A DNA stretch of 64,000 nucleotides, taken from Octopus sinensis (taxonomy: Eukaryota). Location: the NCBI RefSeq assembly GCF_006345805.1, contig NC_043024.1, forward strand, positions 558,001 to 622,000, read 5' to 3'. Under the pieces are notes generated by a model. That model searched no databases and was not told where the DNA came from. It was given only the letters and a program-made list of their open reading frames with translations. The first letter of the stretch is position 1, and each line of letters starts with the position of its first letter. Position numbers and translations under genes: made by a program. Of the stretch, positions 50,290 to 62,362 are shown piece by piece.

Positions 50290-50719
50290 TTAAAGAGCAG
50301 AGCATGCCATCAAAGTGACACTGGAGTATAAATATATGGAGCACAGTTATACCCATCATGACTACCCGTCTGATAAGGGTACACCAGGCACAGGCATCAC
50401 AACCATGTATGCAACAAGGTGATCTCATATCAAGATAAATAATGCATGACCTTGCAGGTGGGGCCCAGTTAGAATTTTCTTCAGGTCGAGTAGCCCATTC
50501 TGCTCAAAAGGTCCCTGAATAAGGTTGTTAAGAATTATCCAAACTCCAAAGAATTCCTCTCGACACACGGCTATGATGTTCCCCCACTATTTCTGCTCAT
50601 GATCAGAGATGCACTTATCGTCAGCCACTAAAGGACATGCTCAACTGGTTATGGTCAAGCAACTGACAAGCAAATCTGAGGTATTGAGCAGAATATTTAC
50701 TGTAGCCCATCTTTTATAA

Positions 50720-50760
<41 letters not shown>
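50290..50760 (+). mobile_element. 3' end of a LINE/SINE ending in an (ATT)n tail
   Basis: Non-coding body ending in a long (ATT)n at about 50722-50760, followed directly by another SINE. Confidence 0.55.
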
Positions 50761-50761
<1 letters not shown>

Positions 50762-50959
50762 GGTGGTGCACTGGCAGAATCATTAGTGTGCTGGGCAAAA
50801 TGCTTAGCAGTATTTCACCCATCACTACGTTCTGAGTTCAAATTCCGCCGAGGTTACACACTGGGGTCGATGTAATATATTAGTCCCCTCCCTCCAAATT
50901 TCAAACCTTGTGTCTATAGTAGAAACAATTATTATTATTATTTTTATTTCTTTTTGTAG

Positions 50960-51051
50960 CTGAAAGAGCTGTACATCCTTTTAAGTGAGAATTACGTTGA
51001 AGATGATGATAATATGTTCAGATTTGATTATTCTCCTGAATTTCTTCAATG
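50960..51051 (+). CDS. NMT1: NMT coding exon 5 ([31 protein letters not shown])
   Basis: ttttgtag acceptor, 92 nt, phase 0/2, gtcagt donor. Confidence 0.96.
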
Positions 51052-53437
51052 GTCAGTTGATAAATTTAAAAAATTTCTTGTGTGTGCCTTGCTCTTGTAT
51101 ATGTATCCACACACACACACACACACACTCTCTCTTTCACATGTACACACACACACACACACAGCTTGTGCTATTTTTATCTGATTGTTTTAAACATTTT
51201 TTTAGGGCAACAAATATCATTTTAAACATAAAGGTCATGTTCTGAGCTCGAGGGTCATCACTACATAACCTGGCTCGTCTAATGGTCACATAACAGGACA
51301 ATCCTGCTGACCACTCCATGGTCTGTGTTGTTTTCAATCCTGCTGGTCATGCATTATCCTGTTGTTGACAACACTGCTGACTACCCTGTAGCCTGTGTTG
51401 TTGATATTCTATCAGCCACAGCTTCACAACACAATAGTACACAAAAGTGTCCACTGTGTGTGTCTCCATTTTTTTTTTTCATATCTTTCATTGTCACTGT
51501 CCACTTCAAGGAGATGTCCACTATACTTTGTTTACATTTCCCACTTTAAAATTGGCTCGAGCTCAATGTGTCCAGATGGAATTGACAGCTTCTGATAGTG
51601 GTGACATGTTGAGTGAAGGGAGACCATTCTGATAGTGGTGACGCATAGAATGAAGAGAACTTTTTGGTTTTACTGAGAACACGACAACCTATCTAGTGCT
51701 GGTGCCAGGATAAAATGTGCTCAGTTCACTGACCACTCTTCTAATTGGTTTCTGTTAGGAAGGGCGTTCAGCCATAGAAACCAAGCCAAAAATGAAATGT
51801 ATGAGCAAGGGTTATTCCTCTTATTCACTCAGGAGGGCAGTAATTCCAAATATGAACTGGCTCCGATTGTGATAACCCACCGAAGCTTGTGTCAGTTTAG
51901 AAAATAGACATAAAATGATGATGACTACATACTTTTTCTCGAAGAAAACATGAATGTGGATTTTCCACATTAACTTTACATTGGATGTACTTTTACAGCC
52001 AATATTAGTAAAGTTCAAAGTTCATTTTCAAATTTGTTTCATTAAAGATTTGTGAAGATTTTGTTCAGTGTATTTTATACAGCCTTTATAAATCTGACTA
52101 ACTACTCCTACCATGCAATATAATACCAAAGAAAAGTTGGTATTTATAACATAGGAATAGTACTTTGTTTCTGAGTTTACATTGCCCATAATTACAAGTG
52201 GACATTATACATGGCAATGTATAATGAAGGCAGGTGGCTTAGTAATTAGGGTATTTGGCTCACGATCGAAAAGTCAGGAGTTCGATTTCTGGCTGCACAT
52301 TGTGTCCTTAAGCAAGACACTTTATTTCACGTTGCTCTGGTCCGCTCCACTGGCAAAAATGCGTAGTGTCTGTAATTCAAAGGGCCAGCTTTGTCACACT
52401 GAATCTCCCTGACCGTTGTGTCTGTAGAGTACTTCACCAGTTGTATATTAATTTTCAGAGCAGGCTGCTCCATTGATCAGGTCAACTGGAACCCTTATCA
52501 TCATAACCAACAGAGTGCCAATTAAATAGTTTCTTTGCAGCTAAAGCAAATCCACCATCTGGATCACATTCAGTAAATAACTCTGTAGTTAAATTATTTC
52601 TAATTACTTTTCTAATTAATTCACACCACAGAAATGGTAAATAATTTATGACACAAAAGAAATCACAAACTTGCTAAAATAATATCCTAAGTGGGGTTAT
52701 TATATGATTAGAGTTGGAGTATACAAAAATAAACATTATTTTCCATCTTACTGTTAGTTTCTTCTTGAAAAATAAAAATTTATGGATTATATTTTGTTTA
52801 TATTTTGAACTATATATATATATATATATATATATAGTGCTTAGGCCTCGATGGGTCTTAATCTGACCCTACCTAGGACAATACTACAGCAGTGGTCACT
52901 CTAGTTCTGATGAATCAGACTGAACTTTGATATATATAATGAATTTATTGTATACATTGCTTGGGTGCACTCCAACTCATGAGAAAAAGTAATCAAAACC
53001 ACATGAAGAGCTCATAGAATATGCATAAGAAGTGAATAAGTTGTTAAAAAACAAAACAAAACAGGTGGGAGCCATCAAGTGTTGTGTTAGTGAATTTCAG
53101 CAACTGATGCAGGCAATTTATTCCATGCTTCAGCAATTCTGAGTAAACATGAACAAGGTAGCTAATGCCATAAGAAATATAAATTAACTGTTTAGCATTC
53201 AGATTACTGTCAAATGTAAAGCTTAATTGATGATGCATTATCTCATAGTTTTGAGATTGAAATGCTGTGATTGTTTTTAGAATGACAATGTAAGGATAAG
53301 TGTGAGTGGCCAGAATTGGCTGGTTGGAACATAGGTAAGATATTTGGGCTGGTTTAAAGCTGATGTCAGTGTGTATGTTGTTGCTTTCATTTCCTTCTTG
53401 GCTATATATTTGTTTTATCTTCTACTTTTTTCTGCAG

Positions 53438-53554
53438 GGCATTACAACCTCCTGGTTGGGTAAAGGATTGGCATTGTGGTGTACGAGTAACAAAGAATGG
53501 TAAACTAGTAGGATTTATCAGTGCCGTGCCTGCACACATTAAAGTATATAAAAA
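53438..53554 (+). CDS. NMT1: NMT coding exon 6 ([17 protein letters not shown]...)
   Basis: tctgcag acceptor, 117 nt, phase 2/2, gtaagt donor. Confidence 0.96.
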
Positions 53555-54619
53555 GTAAGTGTCTGACTACTACTGGATTCTACATTCTTGTATTGGGTAC
53601 AGCGGCTTTTTTCTTTTCTGGATGTTACTTTAGTGTAGAAAATGATATAATAATGTTCCTTCTGAGTCATATAAACTGATGGGGCTGTTTTCTTGGTTGC
53701 TATTGTGGATGTATTTTCCTCCTGGATTGGATGCCAGTCCATTGCAGGATGACTCATTTTTACCAGCTGAGTGGACTGGGGCAACATGAAATGAACCATT
53801 TTGCTCAAAGAGGCAGCATATTGCCTGCTCCAGGAATTTAAACCACAATCTTACAATCATGACTTCAACACCTTAACCATTAAGCAATGCACCTACACAC
53901 ACACATACACAATGATTAGTACACCTTACTCTGTCAGGAGCATAGGCCCAGTTTCCTGGTGTTTCTTTGGAGTATAGATTCCTCCTTGGATGGGATGCTG
54001 GTCTGTCACAGGATGACTCCTTTTTGCCAGCTGGGTGGATTGGAGCAAGATGAAAGGAAGTGTTTTGCTCAAGAACACAATGCATCGCCCAGTCCAAGAA
54101 TTGAAACCACAATCTTACAATTATGAATCCAACACCCTAACCACTAAGCTATGTACCTCCACACTGCCAACTACATGATTAGTCCATAAGAAGCATAGGG
54201 TTGATCCCCCAGTTTCTCTGGCATATATATTTCTCCCTGTCGCAGGATGACTCGTTTTTACCTGCTGATTGAACTGGAGCAACATGAAAGGAAGTGTTTT
54301 GCTGAAGAACACATCACCTGGTCCAGGAGTCTTATGATCCTTAATCCAATGCCTACCCACAAAGCCATGCACAACATTTTATTTTGTTGGCTGCTGTTTG
54401 TGCTGTGTGAATTACATCGTTTTCTCATGTCAGGTGATGATTGTATAGAATATGTTGTTTGACGTGAGCTGAGAGTAGACACTCTGAGTTGAGCTTTTGA
54501 ATATGTCTTATGTAAAATTTGGGTTGTACCTACCAGAGCTATTCTTTGGTATTGTATATAGAGCTGTCAACTAGCCTCTTCCCCTAAAAACTGGGGGCCT
54601 TGAATCAAAATTTGAAACT

Positions 54620-55090
54620 CTTATTATTAATAAGGAGGTGAGCTGGCAGAATTGTTAACACACCAGGTAAAATGCTTAAAGGCAATTTCATGTCTTTATG
54701 TTCTGAGTTCAAATGCAACTGGAGTCAGCTTTGCCTTTCATCCTTTTGCAGTTGATAAAATAAGTACCAGTTGAGTACTGGGGTTGATGTAATTGACTTA
54801 CTACATCCCTTGAAATTGCTGGCTTTCAGTCAAAATTTGAAACTGTTATTATTATTAAGGTGGTGAGCTGGCAGAATCATTAGCATACCTGGCAAAATGC
54901 TTGGCGGTATTTCATCTGTCGTGTTCTGAGTTCAAATTCTGCCAAGGTCAACTTTGCCTTTCATCCTTTCGGGGTTGATAAATTAAGATTAAGTACCAGT
55001 GAAACACTGGGGGGTCGATATAATCAACTAGTCCTTTCCCCAAAATTTCAGGCCTTGTGCCTATAGCAGAAAGGATTATTATTATTATTG
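54620..55090 (+). mobile_element. Tandem chain of tRNA-head SINEs, each ending in (ATT)n
   Basis: Repeated AAGG.GGTGAGCTGGCAGAAT..TTAGCA..GAGTTCAAAT..TTTGCCTTTCATCCTTT..AAGTACCAG..CAAAATTTGAAAC-(ATT)n units. Confidence 0.85.
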
Positions 55091-55214
55091 ACCTGGCAAA
55101 TAAAGTGAGTTCATGGCTGTATCCTATACCAGTTTCGCATAACCAGCCCCAGTCCATTCAAAAGTACCTTGGATCGTAGGGCGACCTGCTGTGCTTGAGG
55201 AGACCTATTGAGTC

Positions 55215-55565
55215 AAGTACATCAAAATGAAAATCAAATGGAAATTGTAGTTGTGATACCTTTGCCGGTGGCACGTAAAAAGCACCGTCTGAACGTGACC
55301 AGTGCCAGTGCTGTCTTGACTGGCTTCTGTGCTGGTGGCATGTAAAAAGCACCAACTGATCGTGACCGTTGCCAGCTTCCTCTGGCACCTGTGCCAGTGG
55401 CACATAAAAAGCACCCACTACACTCATGGAGTGGTTGGCATTAGAAAGGGCATCCAGCTGTAGAAACACTGCCAGATCAGACTGGAGCCTGGTGCAGCCT
55501 CCTTATTCCCCAGACCCCAGTCAAACCGTCCAACCCATGCTAGCATGGAAAATGGACGTTAAAGG
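55215..55565 (+). mobile_element. RTE 3'-UTR-derived retroposon directly upstream of NMT exon 7
   Basis: Same AAAAAGCACCCACTACACTC..CCATGCTAGCATGG..GACGTTAAA sequence as the 3' UTR of the LINE at 56138. Confidence 0.9.
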
Positions 55566-55618
55566 ATGGTTGTTGTTGTTGTTGTTATTATTATTATTAT
55601 TATTATACTTTGTTTCAG

Positions 55619-55789
55619 ATTTAAAGATATGGTAGAAATCAATTTTTTGTGTGTACATAAGAAACTTAGATCAAAACGGGTGGCTCCTGTTTTAATTCGG
55701 GAGATAACGAGACGAGTCCATCAACGTGATTTGTTCCAAGCTGTTTACACTGCTGGTGTTGTTTTACCCAAACCCATAGCTTGTAGCAG
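55619..55789 (+). CDS. NMT1: NMT coding exon 7 ([28 protein letters not shown]...)
   Basis: gtttcag acceptor, 171 nt, phase 2/2, gtaagc donor; NMT signature motif. Confidence 0.97.
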
Positions 55790-56137
55790 GTAAGCCCTTT
55801 ACATTTTCCTGTCTTTTCTCTCTCACACAACATTGAACATTGTAGTCCTAGATACACTGGCTAAAAACAATATTGGATGACCAATACATACAGGGTGGTG
55901 AGATTAAGACAAGGACCTTGGGCAAGTATTTTCTACAATATCCTGGGCCATGTACAAAGCCTGCTCCATCTTTTTTTCTTTCTCTTTCTATCTCTCTCTC
56001 CAGTCAAGCCTTTGCCTCCCTAATTCTTAGTCACCAGCACCTATCACTCCCCTATATTAAGATTATCACTACAGATTTTCTATAGAAATTATAGCCAACA
56101 CTGATCTTTTACAATGTTTCGCATCTGAATCCGCTTA

Positions 56138-58426
56138 ATCATCATCATCATCATCGTCGTTTAACGTCCGTTCTCCATGCTAGCATGGGTTGGACGGTTC
56201 GACCGGGGTTCTGGGAAGCCAGAAGGCTGCACCAGGCTCCAGTCTAATCTGGCAATGTTTCTACAGCTGGATGCCCTTCCTAACGCCAACCACTCCGTGA
56301 GTGTAGTGGGTGCTTTTTACGTGCCACCTGCACAGGTGCCAGGCGGGGCTGGCAACGGCCACGGTCAGATTGGTGTATTTTATGTGCCACCGGCACGGAA
56401 GCCAGTCGAGGCGGTGCTGGCATCGGCCACGAGTCGGATAGTGCTTTTTACGTACCACCAGACCAGGGATCCTAGCTGGTTCAATTCGATTTCGATTTCG
56501 CTTGCCCCAACATGTCTTCACAAGCAAAGGGGGTTGGCATGGGTGCCTGTCGTACGGTCGCATTGGAGTATTTTACGTGCCACGGCCACGAGTCGGATAG
56601 TGCTTTTTACGTACCACCAGACCAGGGATCCTGGCTGGTTCAATTCGATTTCGATTTCGCTTGCCCCAACATGTCTTCACAAGCAAAGGGGGTTGGCATG
56701 GGTGCCTGTCGTACGTTCGCATTGGAGTATTTTACGTGCCACGGCCACGAGTCGGATAGTGCTTTTTACGTACCACCAGGCCAGGGATCCTGGCTGGTTC
56801 AATTCGGTTTCGATTTCGATTTCGCTTGCCCCAACATGTCTTCGCAAGCATGGGGGGTTGGCATGGGTGTCTGTCGTCGGATGAGGTTCTATATCGACTT
56901 CGCTTGCCTCAACCGGTCTTTGTGTCCAAGGGAGGAAAGGCATTCATAAGTGGGCTGGGCTCACTTGTCCTGCCTGGTCTTCTCACGTACAGAATATTTC
57001 CAAAGGTCTCGGTCCCTGGTCATTTCCTCAGTGAGGCCTAAAGTTCGAAGGTCGTGCTTCACCACCTCGTCCCAGGTTTTCCTGGGTCTACCTCTTCCAC
57101 GGGTTCCCTCAACTGCTAGGGATTGGCACTTTCTCACACACCTATCTTCATCCATTCTCGCCACATGACCATACCAGCGCAATCGTCTCTCTTGCACACC
57201 ACAACTGATGCTTCTTAGGTACAACATTTCTCTCAAGGCGCTAACGCTCTGTCGAGTATGTACACTGACATTACACATCCATCGGAGCATACTGGCTTCA
57301 TTCCTCACGAGCTTACGCATGTCCTCAGCAGTCACGGCCCATGTTTCGCTGCCATGTAGCATGGCTGTTCGTACACACGCATCATACAGTCTGCCTTTTA
57401 CTCTGAGCGAGAGGCCTTTAGTCACCAGCAGAGGTAAGAGCTCCCTAAACTTTGCCCAGGCTATTCTTATTCTAGCAGTTACACTTTCAGCGCACCCACC
57501 CCCACTACTGACTTGGTCACCTAGATAACGGAAGCTATCAACTACTTCTAGTTTTTCCCCCTGGAAAGTGATGGAAGTTGTTTTCTGCAGATTTTCGGAG
57601 GTTAATGCTCCCGAGCATCTGCCACATACAAAAACTATCTTCCCAGTTAGCCTACCTTTGACATTGCTGCACCTCTTATGTGTCCATAGCTTACACTGGG
57701 TACATCTTATAGAGTTTCTACCTACACCTTTTCTACAGATCAAGCAGGGCCATCTTCCTGAAGATATTTGTGGATTGTCTACCTTTCTACTTATTAGTAC
57801 TTTGGTTTTAGCTAGGTTGACTCTAAGGCCCCTTGATTCTAAACCCTCCTTCCACACCTGGAACTTCTCCTCCAGTTCTGATAGTGACTCAGCAATAAGA
57901 GCAAGGTCGTCAGCGTAGAGGAGCTCCCAGGGACAGCCTGTCTTGAATTCCTCCGTAATTGCCTGGAGTACTATGATAAATAGGAGGGGGCTGAGTACTG
58001 AACCCTGGTGGACCCCAACCTCTACTTTGAATTCTTCTGTGTACATGTTGCTAACCCTAACCTTACTTACGGCATCTCTGTACATGGCTTGCACAGTCCT
58101 CACCAGCCATTCATCTATCCCTAGTTTCCTCATTGACCACCAGATAAGGGATCGGGGGACCCTATCAAAAGCTTTCTCCATGTCAACGAAAGCCAGGTAC
58201 AGGGCCTTATCTTTGGCTAGGTATTTCTCCTGCAGCTGCCTTACCAGGAATATAGCATCAGTGGTACTTTTCCCTGGCACGAACCCAAACTGCATCTCAT
58301 CTAAACTAACTCTCTCTCTAATTAGTTGGGCTATGACCCTCTCCGTAACCTTCATTACTTGATCCAACAGCTTGATACCTCTGTAATTATTTGTATCTAG
58401 GGCATCACCTTTACCTTTGTAGCAGT
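56138..58426 (-). mobile_element. Young 5'-truncated RTE-clade LINE in NMT intron 7 (antisense)
   Basis: Uninterrupted RT ORF, about 820-nt 3' UTR and (GAT)n tail at about 56138-56160; 5' truncated within CYKGKGDAL; no clear target-site duplication. Confidence 0.95.
56961..58367 (-). CDS. RTE LINE reverse transcriptase ORF (468 aa, lacks the endonuclease domain)
   Basis: QFGFVPGKSTTDAIF, AFVDMEKAFDRVPR, GVHQGSVLSPLLF, LLYADD, FRYLG, GRPRKTW motifs; no internal stops. Confidence 0.93.
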   Translation of the reverse strand: MDQVMKVTERVIAQLIRERVSLDEMQFGFVPGKSTTDAIFLVRQLQEKYLAKDKALYLAFVDMEKAFDRVPRSLIWWSMRKLGIDEWLVRTVQAMYRDAVSKVRVSNMYTEEFKVEVGVHQGSVLSPLLFIIVLQAITEEFKTGCPWELLYADDLALIAESLSELEEKFQVWKEGLESRGLRVNLAKTKVLISRKVDNPQISSGRWPCLICRKGVGRNSIRCTQCKLWTHKRCSNVKGRLTGKIVFVCGRCSGALTSENLQKTTSITFQGEKLEVVDSFRYLGDQVSSGGGCAESVTARIRIAWAKFRELLPLLVTKGLSLRVKGRLYDACVRTAMLHGSETWAVTAEDMRKLVRNEASMLRWMCNVSVHTRQSVSALREMLYLRSISCGVQERRLRWYGHVARMDEDRCVRKCQSLAVEGTRGRGRPRKTWDEVVKHDLRTLGLTEEMTRDRDLWKYSVREKTRQDK

Positions 58427-58897
58427 AATGTAAACAACAATGTAAACAACAATGAGATTGAAGATGAGAAATGGGTGTATATACCCTATTTCAGTTGTTA
58501 CTCCTTTGTCAGCAGCCGTCCACCCTGTGAACGTATTGCTTAAAATAGCCACTAAATGTAGTGGTGTAACATTGGATATACTTCGCCTATCTATGGTACT
58601 ACTCAGCCACTGTAATCACCTGAGAGCCAAAGCATCTCTCGCTTCACACCTCTTCATATTTCCTTCAACCACACCTCCACTCTGCTTCATCATTCACTAC
58701 TTCCACCTCCACCCCACCCCGATCTGTTACTCTTTGCCCACACTGTGAAAGCATTCAGTCTCTCCTCCTCCTCCTCTCCTATCAGATTCTCCATATCCTC
58801 TCTTATGTTCACTTATTGTACTTTGAGAATTTGCCCTGGCACTCTGTCACTACCTTCTTTTTACCTCCTCCTCCTCAGCTGCTCTCATCCCCCCCAA

Positions 58898-58934
<37 letters not shown>

Positions 58935-59280
58935 AACGGATTAGCTATGTATCTTTTCCATAGCAAGACACCTGTGCTGGTCCTTCTGTCTTACTTTAGC
59001 CTATTGCTACTTTGTAGTGGGAGCTTTTTCCTTTTCCTGTGCTTTTGTCTTGCAACTTACTTGGTGATCTCACAAATGTTAGTGGCATGAAAGAAGCACT
59101 CAATACACTCTGTAAAGTGTTTGGCCGTAGGAAGAGCATCCACCTTTAGAAACCATACCAAAGCTGACACTGGATCCTGACATGCCTTTGCAGCTCACTG
59201 GATCCTGTCAAACAGTCTAAGCCATACCAACATGGAAAGTGGACATTAAATGACAATGATATATATATATATATATATAC

Positions 59281-59722
59281 GTAAAATACACTAATCCGAC
59301 CGTACGACAGGCACCCATGCCAACCCCCTTTGCTTGCGAAGACATGTTGGGGCAAGCGAAATCGAAATCGAATTGAACCAGCCAGGATCCCTGGTCTGGT
59401 GGTACGTAAAAAGCACTATCCGACTCGTGGCCGATGCCAGCACCGCCTCGACTGGCTTCCATGCCGGTGGCACATAAAATACACCAATCCGACCGTGGCT
59501 GTTGCCAGCCTCGCCTGGCACCTGTGCAGGTGGCACGTAAAAAGCACCCACTACACTCACGGAGTGGTTGGCGTTAGGAAGGGCATCCAGCTGTAGAAAC
59601 ATTGCCAGATAAGACTGGAGCCTGGTGCAGCCTTCTGGCTTCCCAGATCCCCGGTCGAACCGTCCAACCCATGCTAGCATGGAGAACGGACGTTAAACGA
59701 TGATGATGATGATGATGATGAT
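59281..59722 (+). mobile_element. RTE 3'-UTR copy (about 440 bp) inverted relative to the LINE at 56138
   Basis: Near-identical reverse complement of about 56140-56578; (GAT)n tail at about 59698-59722. Confidence 0.92.
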
Positions 59723-60984
59723 ACATGTGGATGTTTATATGCTTTATTTTGCTTGAAAAATTGCTGAGCTTTGAACCATGACATTTGCTGATATTTCCCT
59801 GTCAACAAATTCTTCAGTGGCTCTGCACTTTTGAAGTAGAATGAAAGCTTCTTTACTTGGAAAACAGGTGAAGGTTAATTACAAAAAGACCATCTGGGTT
59901 TGAAACAATGCATCCATCTAACTCAGTGTTTCTCGACCATTTTTTGCCTATGGACCCCTTTGATTCCTATTTCACTCATGAAGGGAAGGCTCATAGCTAT
60001 TTGATGTCTAAAAGTTCCTATTTTATTTTTATGTTTAAATATTAGGAATTGTACGAAAAAAAGTGAAAAAATATTTTGTGTTCTGTAGAAACTTATCACA
60101 CATAAATTTTAAGAAAACCTTATATGGATCCTGGTTGGAAGCTATTGATCTAACCCATGCTAGCTTGGGGAAATCTGCTTAAATCAAATGAGAAAGACTT
60201 GGCAGTAGCTCTATCCTTCTCCATAAATGTCCCACCCTCACGAACGGAGAGAATTCTGAACAATGGATTATTTCCCTTGGATTGTCTTTTGTTTGGGAAC
60301 ATTTTTTCAGGTTGGAATTTCAGTTAATATTAAATTAACTGTAATTAGTATTAGCGATAAAATGTATTTATTGCAGATATGCAAATGAGAATTTATTTTA
60401 TTTAATTGTAATTTAACATTGTTTAATTTAGAAATTTGTATTCATTCATCATCAGTCAGTGTCTGTTTTCCATGCTGGCATGGGTTGGATGGTTTAACAG
60501 GAGCTGGCAAGCGGGAGAGCTACACCAGGCTCCATATGTCTGTATTGACATGGTTTCTACAGATGGATACTATTCCTAAGGACAACCGCTTTACAGTGTG
60601 TACTGGGTGCTAGCACAGGTCCTTTTTACATGGAACCAGTGCAGGTGCTTTTCGAGTAGCACCAACAGAGGTGGCTTTTTACATGGCACGAGTGGGGTTA
60701 CTTAGTAGCTTCCCCTAAGAGAGGGAAGGGAATCGAGAACCAGGAGAGAGGTTAGACTATAATAGAGGGACTGAAGTAGTTGTCTTACTGTATACAGGAG
60801 ACCCTGGCTATCTCAGGAGGGGAAGAGGAGAAAGAGACAATCAGAATGAAATCATATTTATTGCACCTGTGTAGCATTACCTGGTATTAACCCACAGAAG
60901 TATATAATTAAGTTTACCCTTCATATGACTTGTAACATACTCGTTTGCTTATGACACTGTTCTCAACAACTGACCTTCAAAATA

Positions 60985-61270
60985 AATATCAAATGGAAAT
61001 TGTAGCTGTGATCCCTGTGCCGGAGGCACGTAAAAAGCACCATTCGAACGATGCCAGCGCTGCGTTGACTGGCTTCTGTGCCGGTGGCACGTAAAAAGCA
61101 CCCACTACACTCACGGAATGGTTGGTGTTAGGAAGGGCATCCAGCCGTAGAAACACTGCCAGATCAGACTGGAGCCTGGTGTAGCCTCCTGGCTTCCCAG
61201 ACCCCGGTCGAACCGTCCAACCTGTGCTAGCATGGAAAACGGATGTTAAACGATGATGATGATGATGATA
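60985..61270 (+). mobile_element. Further RTE 3'-UTR copy
   Basis: Same motif block and (GAT)n tail. Confidence 0.88.
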
Positions 61271-61807
61271 TTCTAAGTGGAATTGAACTCATAAGCTGGG
61301 GGTTAGCTATGCCTACTTAACTCTTATTTCTTGGTGTATACTTTGACTTATTTTGGTTGGTGGTTAACCTTTATAATTCTGGTGGATCTAATCTAGTTCT
61401 CTAATCTGTTTGGAGATCAGCTTGGTCAGAAGTAAATATGTCCTCCATCATGAATAACAACACTAACACAGAAATCCTTATCATTGCATTTGCTTTCCCT
61501 TGAGACCACTCAGGTTCTATGACAAACAGGCTGTTTTAAAATTGTCTAAATGCTTATTTGTTCCAGACCCCAGTTTAATAATGGGATGGTTATTTTATTT
61601 TCCTTGTTCTTTCTCCTGTCTCCCTCTTTCTCTCTCTCTCTACTTCATTCCCTCTCTTGCTTTCTGCACAAAACATTGACTCTTTCTCTTTCATAATTAA
61701 AAAACAAAATTAATTGAGAAAGTTGATATAATTGTTTACCACGAACTCCTCCATCTCTTAATCTGTAGTTTTGTTCCAAAGTGAGAAATTATTCATTATT
61801 ATTATTG

Positions 61808-62362
61808 TTAAGGTGGCCAGCTGGCAGAATCATTAGCAGGCAAAAGGCTTAGCGGCATTTCGTCTGTCTTCATGCTCTGAGTTCAAATTCCACCAAGGTT
61901 GACTTTGCTTTTCATCCTTTCAGAGTTGATAAAATAAGTACCAGTTGAGTACTGGGGGTCGATGGAATCACCCCCCCCCCCGCTCCCTTGAATTTGCTGG
62001 TCTTGTGCCAACATTTGAAATCATACTTATTATTATCCTTTTGGGGCGATAAATGAAATACCAGTGAAACAGTGGGGGGGGGGGCGATATAATTGACTAG
62101 GCCCCTCCTCTCAAATCTCAGGCTCTTGTGCCTTTAGCAAAACGAGCTGGCAGAATGGTTAGCACGCTGGGCAGAATGGTTAGCTGCATTTTGTCCGTCT
62201 TGACAGTCTTGAGTTCAAATTCTGCCATTGTTGACTTTGTCTTTCATCCTTTTAGAGTTGATAAACAAATTCCCAGTTAAGCCCTGGGACTGATGTAATC
62301 AACTCACCTCCCTCCTCACCAACCTGCTGGCTTTATGCCAAAATTTAAAACCATTATTATTG
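61808..62362 (+). mobile_element. Chain of tRNA-head SINEs ending at the NMT exon 8 acceptor
   Basis: AGCTGGCAGAAT..TTAGCA heads at about 61817 and 62145; (ATT)n/(GTT)n tail runs into ttctgtttctatag. Confidence 0.8.

Noticed and set aside
57208-58362. Three + strand ORFs of 106-139 aa
   Set aside because: Antisense shadows of the RTE RT ORF.
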